Assembly: GCA_011109175.1 (NCBI GenBank)
Contig: RDEW01000011.1
Location: 1,012,088-1,076,087 of the forward strand
Direction of reading: 5' to 3'
Source: Dicyema japonicum
Taxonomy: Eukaryota; Animalia; Dicyemida
DNA length: 64,000 bases
Position 1 is the stretch's first letter; each line of letters starts with the position of its first letter. The notes under the pieces were generated by a model. The model made no database searches, was not told the DNA's origin, and worked only from the letters and a program-made list of their open reading frames with translations. Below, one piece after another: positions 49,270 through 61,400 of this stretch. The position numbers and the translations under genes are program-made.

Positions 49270-49610
49270 GAACTAAAGAGACATTTTACTTCAATATCCG
49301 GACTATTCCGAAAAAATCTGTGGATTATTTTATCCATTTGAAAAAACAACACAAGTGTTATTTAGTTTTTACTATGAATCGTAGATCTAGTCAAATGATG
49401 TTCAGTGAAACTTTTGTAAACACAGAGGAATCATTGAAATGTTCATATCTGATCTCAGAATTGATAGCAAAACAACTAAAACCTCACACTATTGGCGAAA
49501 ACTTGATAATCCCTGTTTGTCGTTTTATTTCTCGGACTATGTTTGGTCATAAATATGAACAAAAAATAATGACCATTCGACCTGATATTGATGATATATG
49601 CAAAAACAAT
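49270..49610 (+). mobile_element. hAT (Charlie/ZBED5-like) transposase fragment
   Basis: SYLISELIAKQLKPHTIGENLIIP is the characteristic Charlie/ZBED motif. Confidence 0.8.
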
Positions 49611-50944
49611 AATAATTAAGATTTCATTTTTTATTAATAAAAATTTGGGAATTAAATTACCAATTTTTGTACCTAGTTTTACACATCTTAAAAATTTAAT
49701 TTTTTATTTTTTAATGTGTGCCGTGGATTATTTTTTTACGATTAGTGTCCCGCGAAAATTATTTTTTTGAATAGCTCTGCTCTATACCATGTTTTCTTCT
49801 GCGGTTGGTCTCAGAATACTGTATCAATCCCTAAAGAGGAAGATTTCTTTTTGTATTTTTAGCATACTTATATATATAATCGACCTCTGGCTCAATGGGA
49901 TGCTATGGAGACTTGGCCAGACAAAATGTTTGTGCATTATTCCAACGAAGAGATAGAAGATCCTGGGGAATGCGAAATTTAAATTGACTACTTCCATTAT
50001 CCTAGTCTATTTTTCGTAAAAAGACGAACGTTGTTGCACGTGATTTAGATGGTGAGACTTTTAGGCGGTCTTTCAAGAACCAAAGATCTGCCAGTATTAA
50101 TGTTTATTGTAGTTGTCGCTACCTCAGGTCTCAATGTCTTACTGCAATATTATTATTAAGGCACTTTCACGAAAGCCATAATGATTATAGCCCCGCATGT
50201 GCAACACTCAAAGAAATAATATTTATAGTTAGTTTATAAGTCTACTGCAATAACGAAGTAATATTTAAATGTTAATAATGTTACGTTCCAAGTATATTAG
50301 GATAATAATCTGATTGTTTGTATTTGATTCAGTCCTTGGAAATTACAATTCGATTCGGATTACCATCACTTATATATTTATTCCCCCAACTGTCATAATT
50401 ATGCATTCCACCATGATTTATCACCAAATCAACCATTTCCCAAAAGTCATGAGATCTTAAATGACTAAATTTCACAAAAATAAAATATTCATTCCTCTTC
50501 CTAATAAAATAACAACACCTTACACGTAGGTCTCGTCCAACTAAAAATCAGCTATATTTTGACGAACCAGTCATCCTCTCGATTCTTCTATGACATTTTG
50601 AGTTTTTTGAAAGTTTCCTCTGCTCTTAGAAATTTCTAATTGAATATTTGATACTACTCATCTGTTTTTTGAAAAAGCGGATGATCCTTCATCCACAAGT
50701 CAAAATTGCACCTCGACTTCAAGCAACGTTGAAAAGGTTGAACATGAACGAATATGAACCATTGAGACGATAAAATTCTAAAAAATTTTAAAAGTTTATA
50801 ATTAAAAATAAATTCATCAGAAATATTGATTAAATTAATATTTAGCAAGCTAGTGGATTTTACAGGAAAGAAAGTTTCCGAGCTTAAAATAACCTTTAAT
50901 AAGAAAATAAAGCTGAAAATAAGACAAATCGACCCTACTTCGAC

Positions 50945-51960
50945 TTTTCGAGCTGGCCCCTGCTGACCTGAACAGATGGTTCCTTGGAATGAACATTCAA
51001 AAACTGACATTGTGGAAATCAGGAGAATGGAAAGCAGATCTAGTGAAACATGGCGAAAAACAAACAACCTGCTCTTTACTTGGCGGCAGTCAAGATATTG
51101 CCAGAAGGAAAGCCCTCGCTTGGGTAACGATGAGCAAGTTGAAGAAAAGTGGATTAGTAAACGACGATCCTGCATATCACTTTGTTTGAGACTGTATGAA
51201 GCCTTTGTCAAGTCGATCTTAATGTACAATTCATCGACCTGGGGAACGTCCAAAACCGAACAACTTGGACTAGACTCTTTCCATCGAAGACAACTTAGAT
51301 CCCTACTAGGACTCAGCTGGCAAGCAAGAATAAAAAAGGAATCGCTGTAAAAGAGATCTTGCACGGGTCCACTGAGTCTCGAAATTGCTGATATGCGCTG
51401 GAGGCTATTTGGACATATCTTGCATATGGACTTGGGCGCTCCAGCAAACATAGCAATGGAAGACTACTTTATGAAAAAAGGACCGTGCTTTTGTGGACGC
51501 CGGCATATTACACTACCTGAAACACTTGACGGAGATCTAAAGCTCGTGAACAAACGTCTAAGCAGTGGGGACGAGTTGAGAAAACTCTCCTTCGATTGAG
51601 GAGGTTGGAAGAAGTTGGTTCGGAGAATTGTTTTGAATGTTGCACGAGTGNTCCACTGAGTCTCGAAATTGCTGATATGCGCTGGAGGCTATTTGGACAT
51701 ATCTTGCATATGGACTTGGGCGCTCCAGCAAACATAGCAATGGAAGACTACTTTATGAAAAAGGGACCGTGCTTTTGTGGACGCCGGCATATTACACTAC
51801 CTGAAACACTTGACGGAGATCTAAAGCTCATGAACAAACGTCTAAGCAGTGGGGACGAGTTAAGAAAACTCTCCTACGATTGAGGAGGTTGGAAGAAGTT
51901 GGTTCGGAGAATTGTTTTGAATGTTGCACGAGTGAAATTATAACTATTATGATTTTACGA
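50945..51960 (+). mobile_element. 5'-truncated RTE LINE (3' end doubled across an n join)
   Basis: RLYEAFVKSILMYN, LDSFHRRQLR, RWRLFGHIL, APANIAMEDYF. Confidence 0.85.
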
Positions 51961-52009
51961 ATGTTGCTTATAATAATAAAATAACCTTTCCCTTTCGGTA
52001 CGTTTAGCG

Positions 52010-52210
52010 ACCAAATAACCAAGGAGGAGAAGAAGTTGATGGACATCATGACACTTTACAGATATAAGAAATCGAAAAAAGGGGAGCTTACGAGAGTTAT
52101 TATTATAATCAAGAGGAAAGCATTTAGGAGAGATAATCATTGGTTCAAATCAAACAGAAGAAGATTCTATCGAAGCCTTAGCAGTGATGTTCAACAACAG
52201 TCAATGATGT
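52010..52210 (+). mobile_element. R4-type pre-RT fragment
   Basis: FRRDNHWFKSNRRRFYRSL matches the N..F..N...FYR.L motif upstream of R4-clade RT. Confidence 0.5.
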
Positions 52211-52559
52211 ATGTATTATGATGGAGACTCCACTAGTCTCTTTTATCATATCGGTGTTAAATGGCTGTCAAGAGGTCGTGTGTTCGAAGAGCTCATTGTC
52301 ATATGAAAAATTAAAGACGGATAAAAAATCGAGTCTTATATTATTTATATTATTATCATATCGGTGTTAAATGGCTGTCAAGAGGTCGTGTGTTCGAAGA
52401 GCTCATTGTCATATGAAAAATTAAAGACGGATAAAAAATCGAGTCTTATATTATTTATATTATTTCACATTTGCTTGATGCCTATGAGCAACCTGTTTTT
52501 TACGTGTTTCCATGATAACAAGATATCAAAGAATTTTTTTTTAAATGACAACTGTTTAA

Positions 52560-52835
52560 CTAAAAAACAAATGTTAGATGAAGAATCCGGATGCGTGGAT
52601 CGAGAACGAGTACCCTCGGAGTATGTCATTCCAATCTTTTGTCTCAATAATAACCCTTTTCGTTGATCTCTGTTATTTCTGGCAAGCATTTCTCTGAGTT
52701 CGCGCAAGAACTCAACCGTTATTTGACTCGGCCGTAACAGGAGTAAATCGGTAGCGGTCCCAGATGATGAAATATTTCATGATTTTTAAGTTTTCCGCAT
52801 TCGAAGCAGCTGCTCCATATGTCTAAACTGATTTG
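52560..52835 (-). mobile_element. CRE-type 3' fragment
   Basis: DQRKGLLLRQKIG; homologous to 21590-21875. Confidence 0.75.
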
Positions 52836-52934
52836 TAAAGAATATTAATAAACCTTGTTCATTGGAAATGTTGACAATTTCTCTGGTCCCATACACAGGT
52901 CAAACTGAAGCAGATTCCTTTGGCAAATATGTAA

Positions 52935-53594
52935 TTAACAAATAAAATGCTATTATAACATAATTGTAGTAAAATAGAAACAAGATGTAAAACCAATCCT
53001 TCTTCCGAAGGTCTATTTTGCACAAACATACCCTTTACGTTCAGGCACTAAATACTCTATCCTCGAATGCACCTATGTTATGTTATGTTGTCCAATTTAG
53101 TCGTGTCCTACCCTTGGAGATCTCATGAACGAGTTTCCTCCACTCTCCCCGATCCGTTGCAATTTGGAGTTGCCCTGATATTGGCAGCACTAAATACTCT
53201 ATCCTCGAATGCACCTATGTTATGTTATGTTGTCCAATTTAGTCGTGTCCTACCCTTGGAGATCTCATGAACGAGTTTCCTCCACTCTCCCCGACCCGTT
53301 GCAATTTGGAGTTGCCCTGATATTGGCATTCTCGTGACTTATTCCACCGTGGATTGCCTCCGAGTCCTTGGTCTGCTAGGTTTTCTCCTTTTAGTAATAT
53401 TTTTTAGCATAATAGTTCATTCCTGTGAATCAGAGCGGACAACATGCCCAAAGAACGCCAATCTGTGTTTTACGATTCTTCCCTCTAGCGAAATGTCAGT
53501 CTCTAACTGTTTGAGTACATTGATGGTTGTTACTTTGGAGTTCCAAGGAATTCTTCGTAACATCCTCCAGCACCACTGCTCAAAAGCATTAATT
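52935..53594 (-). repeat. Duplicate of ~57670-58185 (BovB-like RTE 3' end plus flank)
   Basis: Near-identical sequence including the non-TE flank AACAAATAAAATGCTATT. Confidence 0.85.
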
Positions 53595-53595
53595 N

Positions 53596-54782
53596 CTGTC
53601 TGGGATCACTTAGTTAGATGAGAACTTTTATTTCTTTCTCTTTGACCCAGTGATCCTGGGGGTAATAATAATAATAAAATGATGGAATTCTTTAGAAGAT
53701 TTGCTGGTGTCATCTAGCCAACATCGCCATGCTTGTTTGTTCTCGGGGGCGTCTTTTCCCAAAGGAGTTTTGGGTACCTTTCTGGATGATGAGTCGAGTA
53801 CCTTTCCTGATTGGGATCTCATTAAGACTGAGATTAAAAGTCTGTGTTCCATATCCGTGCCGATGTGGAGACCAGATCAATAGTTTTGGCCTACAGCCTC
53901 TATCCCGCAGGAAGAGTGCAAGCAGATTTTCCAGGCTCATGGCATTGAACGAAGTCGTTAGGCGAGCTTTGGACGCCACTGGATACCCCTCCATGCTCGA
54001 ACCAGTAAGTCTTTGCAGGCGGGACGGGAAACGACCAGATGGGATGACAATATTCCTTTTTGAAGTCGGGAAACCTCTTGTCTGGGACGTCACCTGCACT
54101 GACGCGTTTGCCTCAGATGGGAAGACAATCTTCCTTTTTGAAGTCAGGTCCTTTTGTAGAACCTCTGGCAAAGTTATGCGAGATCTTCCACGGAACGAGG
54201 TATTCACTTCTGGGCAGAAATAGTTCTCCATTGCTATTTTACTAGCTGTCATCTGGCTCATCCGATGGATGTGACCGAATAGACGCCATCTTGTTCATGG
54301 ATATCCAGACTCAATGGTCTTGCATATTTTGTATAGATTCTTGTTTGTAATTTTTTTGGCCAGTTGATGTCAAGCAACAGTCGGAGTTGTTTACGATAGA
54401 AGGCATCTAGTTTGTCCATTACTGCTTGTGCAGTGTTGTACATTAGGACCGGTTTCACGAAGGCAATGTATAGTCTTTACGTAGTTGTGTGCTAATTTGT
54501 TCACGATGAATCCAGACTACTCCCATTTTTCCATTTTCCTGTTACTGATATCGTCAGCATCTCCGAGCAACGACCCCAATTTTTTACAGTGTCTCCATTT
54601 TTCATCAGTTCGGGTTAATTCACGGTGTATGGTCGTTGTCTCCGTCTTTTCCGTATTGATTTTGATGAACCATTTTTCTAGCACATCTGGCATCCTTGTC
54701 CGTATATAGTTTAATGTTTTCTCTTCGCTGGATATATAGTCGATATCATTTGCATAAATCACTTCAGTTAGAGGTAAGTCGC
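53596..54782. repeat. Third, partial copy of the LINE-tail/CRE/RTE composite block
   Basis: Collinear with 59246-60463 and inverted relative to 16204-17421, with private substitutions and a small deletion. Confidence 0.9.
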
Positions 54783-54885
54783 NNNNNNNNNNNNNNNNNN
54801 NNNNNNNNNNNNNNNNNNNNNNNNNNNNNNNNNNNNNNNNNNNNNNNNNNNNNNNNNNNNNNNNNNNNNNNNNNNNNNNNNNNNN

Positions 54886-55545
54886 CACATCAGCAGCAAA
54901 GTCCTTTGTCACACTGTTTACCACCTACAAGAGACAGCTCTGTATCGAACCAAAAGTCTTTATGAAGAACGAAGCTATCTCTATTAACAAAACACCGAAG
55001 ATTCTGGGAGTAACCTTTAATCAGGGACTCACCTTTATCCGGCATGTTGAAAACAGAGTAACTTCTGCTCTGAAAAAAATGAGAATTTTAAAAGTGCTCT
55101 CAAAAATATTTAGAGATCAAACTGGGATCCTTGCCACGATTTACAAACAATTTATCCGACCAACGATGACGTATGCAAGTCCTTCATGGGCAAAGCAAAT
55201 GTCACTATCTTCCTCATTGAAATTATCTGCAATCGAAGAGACTGCAATAAAGTTAATTGGACCAGATAACAATATCCAACCTATTGAAAACTTTTTAATT
55301 AAACTACAACGGAAACTATTAAAGGAGGCTGTTCTATCGAGCTGCCCTCTATTCCAAATACTATCGAATTATCTACAATCATACAGAAATTGTGAGCCGA
55401 TGCCATGTCCTATGAGAAGAGCTGTCAGGATTCTCGACCCCGCCGGACTCGTCCTCACCTTTGTCGGTCTGAGATCACTTAGTTAGATGAGAACTTTTAT
55501 TTCTTTCTCTTTGACCCAGTGATCCTGGGGGTAATAATAATAATA
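54886..55545 (+). mobile_element. 3' portion of the 17338-20187 LINE family
   Basis: ORF 54962-55486 TPKILGVTF..YKQFIRP; (TAA)n tail. Confidence 0.9.
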
Positions 55546-57200
55546 TTTAGCAATAAACCAAAGACGGCACTCTCTTCTCTGAATCTTATAATCAACTCCC
55601 TGAAGCAATCGTCTGTTTCAGCCAGTAAGGTTGTATCGTCAGCATAGCGCAAATTATTGATGTTCCTGCCTCCAATTTTAATCCCGTTATTTGATACAGT
55701 ATCCAATTTAGTCATGATCATTTCGGCATAAATATTGAATAGGATGGGAGATAATAAGCATCATTGTCTTTGTCCTTTACAAATTTTGAACCAATCGGTT
55801 TCTCCATACACTGTTCTAAAAGTAGCTTATTGATCTTTATAAAGTGATTTGATAGGCAATATCAGATAAGCATCGAATTTAAATTTTGTTGAAGGAGACC
55901 ACAGCTTGTCATGTATAACTGAATCAAAAGTTTCCGATAGTCAAAGAAGCACATGTATACACTCTTTTGGGATTCATATGCTTTCTCCATAATCCACCGG
56001 CATTTGCTATATGGTCACGTGTGCCTCGTCCCTTCCTGAATCCTGCTTGGAGTTTCGTTAGAATCATTTTGGCATTTGGCATTAGACGATGTTGTATTAT
56101 CTTTAGAAGTATTTTTCTGACGTGGGGAATTAAGGCTATTGTACAATATTTTGAACAGTCATTGCTATCACCTTTTTTCGGTATTGGAAAAAATTTAGAT
56201 CTTTTCCACTCAAGTGGCCAAATACCAGTTTCCCAAATTTTTTGACATAGACTAGTAATAGTCACCAGTATTGCCTTCAACAATTCGCTTGAGATGTTGT
56301 CAATCCCCGGTGCCTTGTTTCCCGTTAATTGCCGTGTAGCCCACACGCATTCCTCCTCAAGAATTTTATGCCCCTCACCAGACGTTGCTTCATCAACACA
56401 TATGGGTGGAACACAGTTTCTGAATATAGCCTTTCCGTATATTCTCTCCAACGATTGGATATGTTTTGAAGGGTGTTATATAGCTTTTCCTACGTTTGGC
56501 AAACATAATATAATCAATCTGGTTCCTAGACATTCCATTAGGCGACGTCCAAGTGTATAATCGTCGTTTATGCTGTTTGAACCATGTGTTAGTTATCTGA
56601 AATCAATTTTCCAGAATTAAACCAGTCGATCCCCAGCATCATTTCTTTTCCCCGAACCAAAACTCCCCACAATATCCGTATGTGGCATACACCCAACTTT
56701 TGAATTGAAATCCCCCACTATGTAGGTTATGTCCTTTTTGGGTATTAGTTTTAGTGCCTCTTAAAATTCATAATAAAATTGGTCAATTTCGTCATCCTTG
56801 GCAATAGATGTTTGGGAATACACTTAATGACTTCATTAAATATTCGATGACTTTCAATAGCAGGTGCAATTTTCATGAAGCAATGAAGGTCACTCCGTTT
56901 CTTTTCGCATTAATGTTACCAGAATAATATATGACAAAATAATCAGATCGAAAAAAACCACTGTCAATTTAATGAAGTTCGCTTACTCCAAGCTGGTTCT
57001 CATTTCTCTTTTTAAGACTTCTAGTTTCCCTTCGTTTAAGCCTCTTAAGTTCTATGTTGCGAAATTGAGATTCTTTTGTGACGAAGACTCGAGATTTTAT
57101 GTCTTGCAGTAACGTTGCTTCCAATTAGATCGTAGGAGAGTTTGCTCATAATATTTCTTGGCATTCAAATACAGGGTAGGTTGCCAGGTCTTTCCCCATC
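55546..57200 (-). mobile_element. BovB-like RTE LINE, 5' part (UTR, APE, RT N-half), decayed
   Basis: VGDFNSKVG, KAPGIDNI, IPKKGD..C..Y.TIALI, QAGFRKGRGTRDHIAN, NNLRYADDTTL. Confidence 0.85.
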
Positions 57201-57804
57201 AACTGCTCTTATTTTGGAATAAGTTTCAGAGAATGTATATACACCACAACAACACGTTTCAAAACGAATGTGCCTAGCTTTCAACAAGCAAACATATAAT
57301 CGTTTTATCGGCTCTGTTTATCCCTATGCATGTTCAAATACAGAAACCCTGTTACTATTTTTACTTTCTTTAAATGAGTAAGCTAGGGCAGCCATTAAAG
57401 GGCACCATCCATCAACCTCATCAATTCATTCATCAGTAGTAGCCACGGTCGATGATTACAATGGAAAGTGGAATTTTGAAAAACAATTTACTCCCGGTGT
57501 TAACCCGTTTATAAGTGAATCTGCACGTTGACAATTAGTGAAATAGGCTAAAATCATACTGCGACAAAACATTCACCAACTATAAGCCTGCTTTTTAGTT
57601 ATTACGCAGCTAGATTCCCTTTCTCAATTCCAGTCTACTTTGGTTGTTTAAAGCCATACCACCTAATATTAACAAATAAAATGCTATTATAACATAATTG
57701 AAGTAAAATAGAAACAACATGTAAAACCAATCCTTCTTCCGAAGGTCTATTTTGCACAAACATACCCTTTACGTTCAGGCACTAAATACTCTATCTTCGA
57801 ATGT

Positions 57805-58467
57805 ACCTATGTTATGTTATGTTGTCCAATTTAGTCGTGTCCTACCCTTGGAGATCTCATGAACGAGTTTCCTCCACTCTCCCCGACCCGTTGCAATTTG
57901 GAGTTGCCTTGATATTGGCATTCTCGTGACATATTCAACCGTGGATAGCCTCCGAGTCCTTGGTCGGCCAGGTCTTCTCCTCTTAGTAATATTTCTTAGC
58001 ATAATAGTTCATTCCTGTGAATCAGAGCGGACAACATGCCCAAAGAACGCCAATCTGTGTTTTACGATTCTTCCCTCTAGCGAAATGTCAGTCTCTAACC
58101 GTTTGAGTACATTGATGGTTGTTACTTTGGAGGTCCAAGGGATTCTTAGTAACATCCTCCAGCACCACAGCTCAAAAGCATTAATTCTTCGCCTATCTGC
58201 CTTTTTCAATGTTCATGATTCTGCGCCGTATAAAAAAACCGAGAACACGATGCACTAACTAATCAGCATTTGGTCCTTAAGGAAATATCTTTGTTTTACC
58301 AAATTCATTCATTCTCTGGAAGGTGTCTCGTCCCAAGGCAATTCCCCTGGGATTAGACATCCCAGAAAGACAACATTATCGCAACTCTCTATTTTCTCAT
58401 TCCCAATTTTTAGTACCATTATTCCATTATTAGCAGTAGTCATAATTTTAATTTTGGTCTTCTTGAT
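57805..58467 (-). mobile_element. BovB-like RTE LINE, 3' part
   Basis: KKTK.M, RRINAFELWCWR, FFGHVVR, RRPGRPRTR; (ATAAC)n tail. Confidence 0.85.
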
Positions 58468-61400
58468 AGGCTCACCACTATCACCCCTACTCTTCAATCT
58501 CTACATAAACGACATGCCACAAACCTGTAATGAAAACTCTCTAATCCTCTCATATGCCGACGATATCATTCTTGCCTCCAAGGACAGAAACATTCAATCA
58601 GCGACTCAGTTACCTCAACAAATGCTCGATAACTTGGAACTATGGCTCTCGAAGCGGAGACTTGACACATCAGCAGCAAAGTCTTTTGTCACACTGTTTA
58701 CCACCTACAAGAGACATCTCTGTATCAAACCATAAGTCTTTATGAATAACGAAGCTATCTCTATTAACAAAACACCGAAGATTCTGGGAGTAACCTTTAA
58801 TCAGGGACTCACCTTTATCCGGCATGTTGAAAACAGAGTAACTTCTGCTCTGAAAAAATGAGAATTTTAAAAGTGCTCTCAAAAATATTTAGAGATCAAA
58901 CTGGGATCCTTGCCACGATTTACAAACAATTCATCCGACCAACGATGACGTATGCAAGTCCTTCATGGGCAATGCAAATGTCACGATCTTCCACATTGAA
59001 GTTATCTGCAATCGAGGAAACTGCAATAAGGTTAATTGGACCAGATCACAACATCCAACCTATTGAAAATTTTTTAATTGAAATACAACGGAAACTATTA
59101 AAGGAGGCTGTTCTACCGAGCTGCCCTCTATTCCAAATACTATCGAATTATCTACAATCATACAGAAATTGTGAGCCGATGCCATGTCCTATGAGAAGAG
59201 CTGTTCAGGATTCTCGACCTCGCCGGGCTCGTCCTCACCTTTGTCTGTCTGGGATCACTTAGTTAGATGAGAACTTTTATTTCTTTCTCTTTGACCCAGT
59301 GATCCTGGGGGTAATAATAATAATAATAATAAAATGCTGGAATTCTTTAGAAGATTTGCTGGTGTCATCTAGCCATCATCGCCATGCTTGTTTGTTGTCG
59401 GGGGCGTCTTCCGACAGCGGTGCTTTGCTCAACGCCTTTCCCAAAGGAGTTTTGGGTACCTTTCTGGATGATGAGTCGAGTACCTTTCCTGATTGGGATA
59501 TCATTAAGACTGAGATTAAAAGTCTGTGTTCCATATCCGTGCCGATGTGGAAACCAGATCAATAGTTTTGGCCTACACCCTCTATCCTGCAGGAAGAGTG
59601 CAGGCAGATTTTCCAGGCTCATGGCCTTGAACGAAGTCGTTAGGCGAGCTTTGGACGCCACTGGATACCCCTCCATGCTCGAACCAGTAGGTCTTTGCAG
59701 GCGGGACGGGAAACGACCAGATGGGATGACAATCTTCCTTTTTGAAGTCGGGAAACCTCTTGTCTGGGACGTCACCTGCACTGACGCGTTTGCCTCAGAT
59801 GGGATAACAATCTTCCTTTTTGAAGTCAGGTCCTTTTGTAGAACCTCTGGCAAAGTTATGCGAGGTCTTCCACGGAACGAGGTATTCACTTCTTGGCAGA
59901 AATAGTTCTCCATTGCTATTTTAGTAGCCGTCAACTGGCTCATCCGATGGATGTGACCGAATAGACGCCATCTTGTTCATGGATATCCAGACTCAATGGT
60001 CTTGCATATTTTGTATAGATTCTTGTTTGTAATTTTTTTGGCCAGTTGATGTCAAGCAACAGTCGGAGTTGTTTACGATGGAAGGCATCTAGTTTGTCCA
60101 TTACTGCTTGTGCAGTGTTGTACATTAGGACCGGTTTCACGAAGGCATTGTATAGTCTTTACGTAGTTGTGTGCTAATTTGTTCACGATGAATCCAGACT
60201 ACTCCCATTTTTCCATTTTCCTGTTAGTGATATCGTCAGCATCTCCGAGCAACGACCCCAATTTTTTACAGTGTCTCCATTTTTCATCAGTTCGGGTTAA
60301 TTCACGGCGTATGGTCGTTGTCTCCGTCTTTTCCGTATTGATTTTGATGAACCATTTTTCTAGCACATCTGGCATCCTTGTCCGTATATAGTTTAATGTT
60401 TTCTCTTCGCTGGATATATAGTCGATATCATCTGCATAAATCACTTCAGTTTGAGGTAAGTCGCTAATTAATACTCTGAAGTCTCTGAGTGCCGCCTCCA
60501 AATATGTCACAAAAAGTACCGGTGACAAGGAATCTCCCTGCGGTACCCCGAATGTTGTCTCGAATGGGACAGACTCTAAATTTCCAAAACGTACACTTAA
60601 CTGTGTTGTTCCAAGTAATAGACGGATCATTCTGACACTGTCCTCGTCAACCAAATTCTCCAAGATATCGAAAAGTCAACCTCTGTGTATAGAGTCAAAG
60701 GCTTTGGACATGTCCATGATGCCAGTAGCCCCCTTGTACTTTTGATGTGTTGCACAAAGCCATCGATGTCCCCAGACTACATCAGCTGTAGATCTCCCTG
60801 ACCTGAATCCGTTTTGACCGTGAAAGAGAAAGTTCTCAATGTCAGATCCAATCCTATTCAACACTAAAAGTGATAGTGTCTTACATAGAGTCATCAATGG
60901 TACGATAGGTCTTAAATTCGTTAAGGGGCTATTTGTAGTTCAATTAGTGTGCCATTACCCACATCTAGGGGTGAGTTGTATTTTTATTTTTATTTATTTA
61001 ACCCAAGCCCACGGTAAAACAAAACTAATTATCATGTAACCCCGATGCATTTTAACGGATACCTCATCTTTGTTCGGTGTTCTTCTTTCGTGCCCGCGCA
61101 TGAACGTACAGGACGGCTGCCTGAATTTTCAGGGCCAACTTCTCGTGATGTCCAGTCTAGTCTCATAAGAGCCTCCAGAGGCGTAGGTCCGGGTCGATGA
61201 TCTTCAAAAATNCCAAGCCCACGGTAAAACAAAACTAATTATCATGTAACCCCGATGCATTTTAACGGATACCTCATCTTTGTTCGGTGTTCTTCCTTCG
61301 TGCCCGCGCATGAACGTACAGGACGGCTGCCTGAATTTTCAGGGCCAACTTCTCGTGATGTCCAGTCTAGTCTCATAAGAGCCTCCAGAGGCGTAGGTCC

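Noticed and set aside
50654-51451. 265-aa minus-strand ORF and similar long ORFs (16724-17302, 53710-54261, 59365-59943)
   Set aside because: Antisense or chimeric frames running across TE junctions; no independent protein signal.
20614-53328. Near-exact tandem duplications of 110-142 bp (20614-20891 and 44046-44323, both period 139; 48961-49200; 52243-52463; 53045-53328)
   Set aside because: Read-length-sized and near-perfect; paralogs at ~26660 and ~57775 have one copy. Most likely gap-closing artefacts; raw reads would decide.
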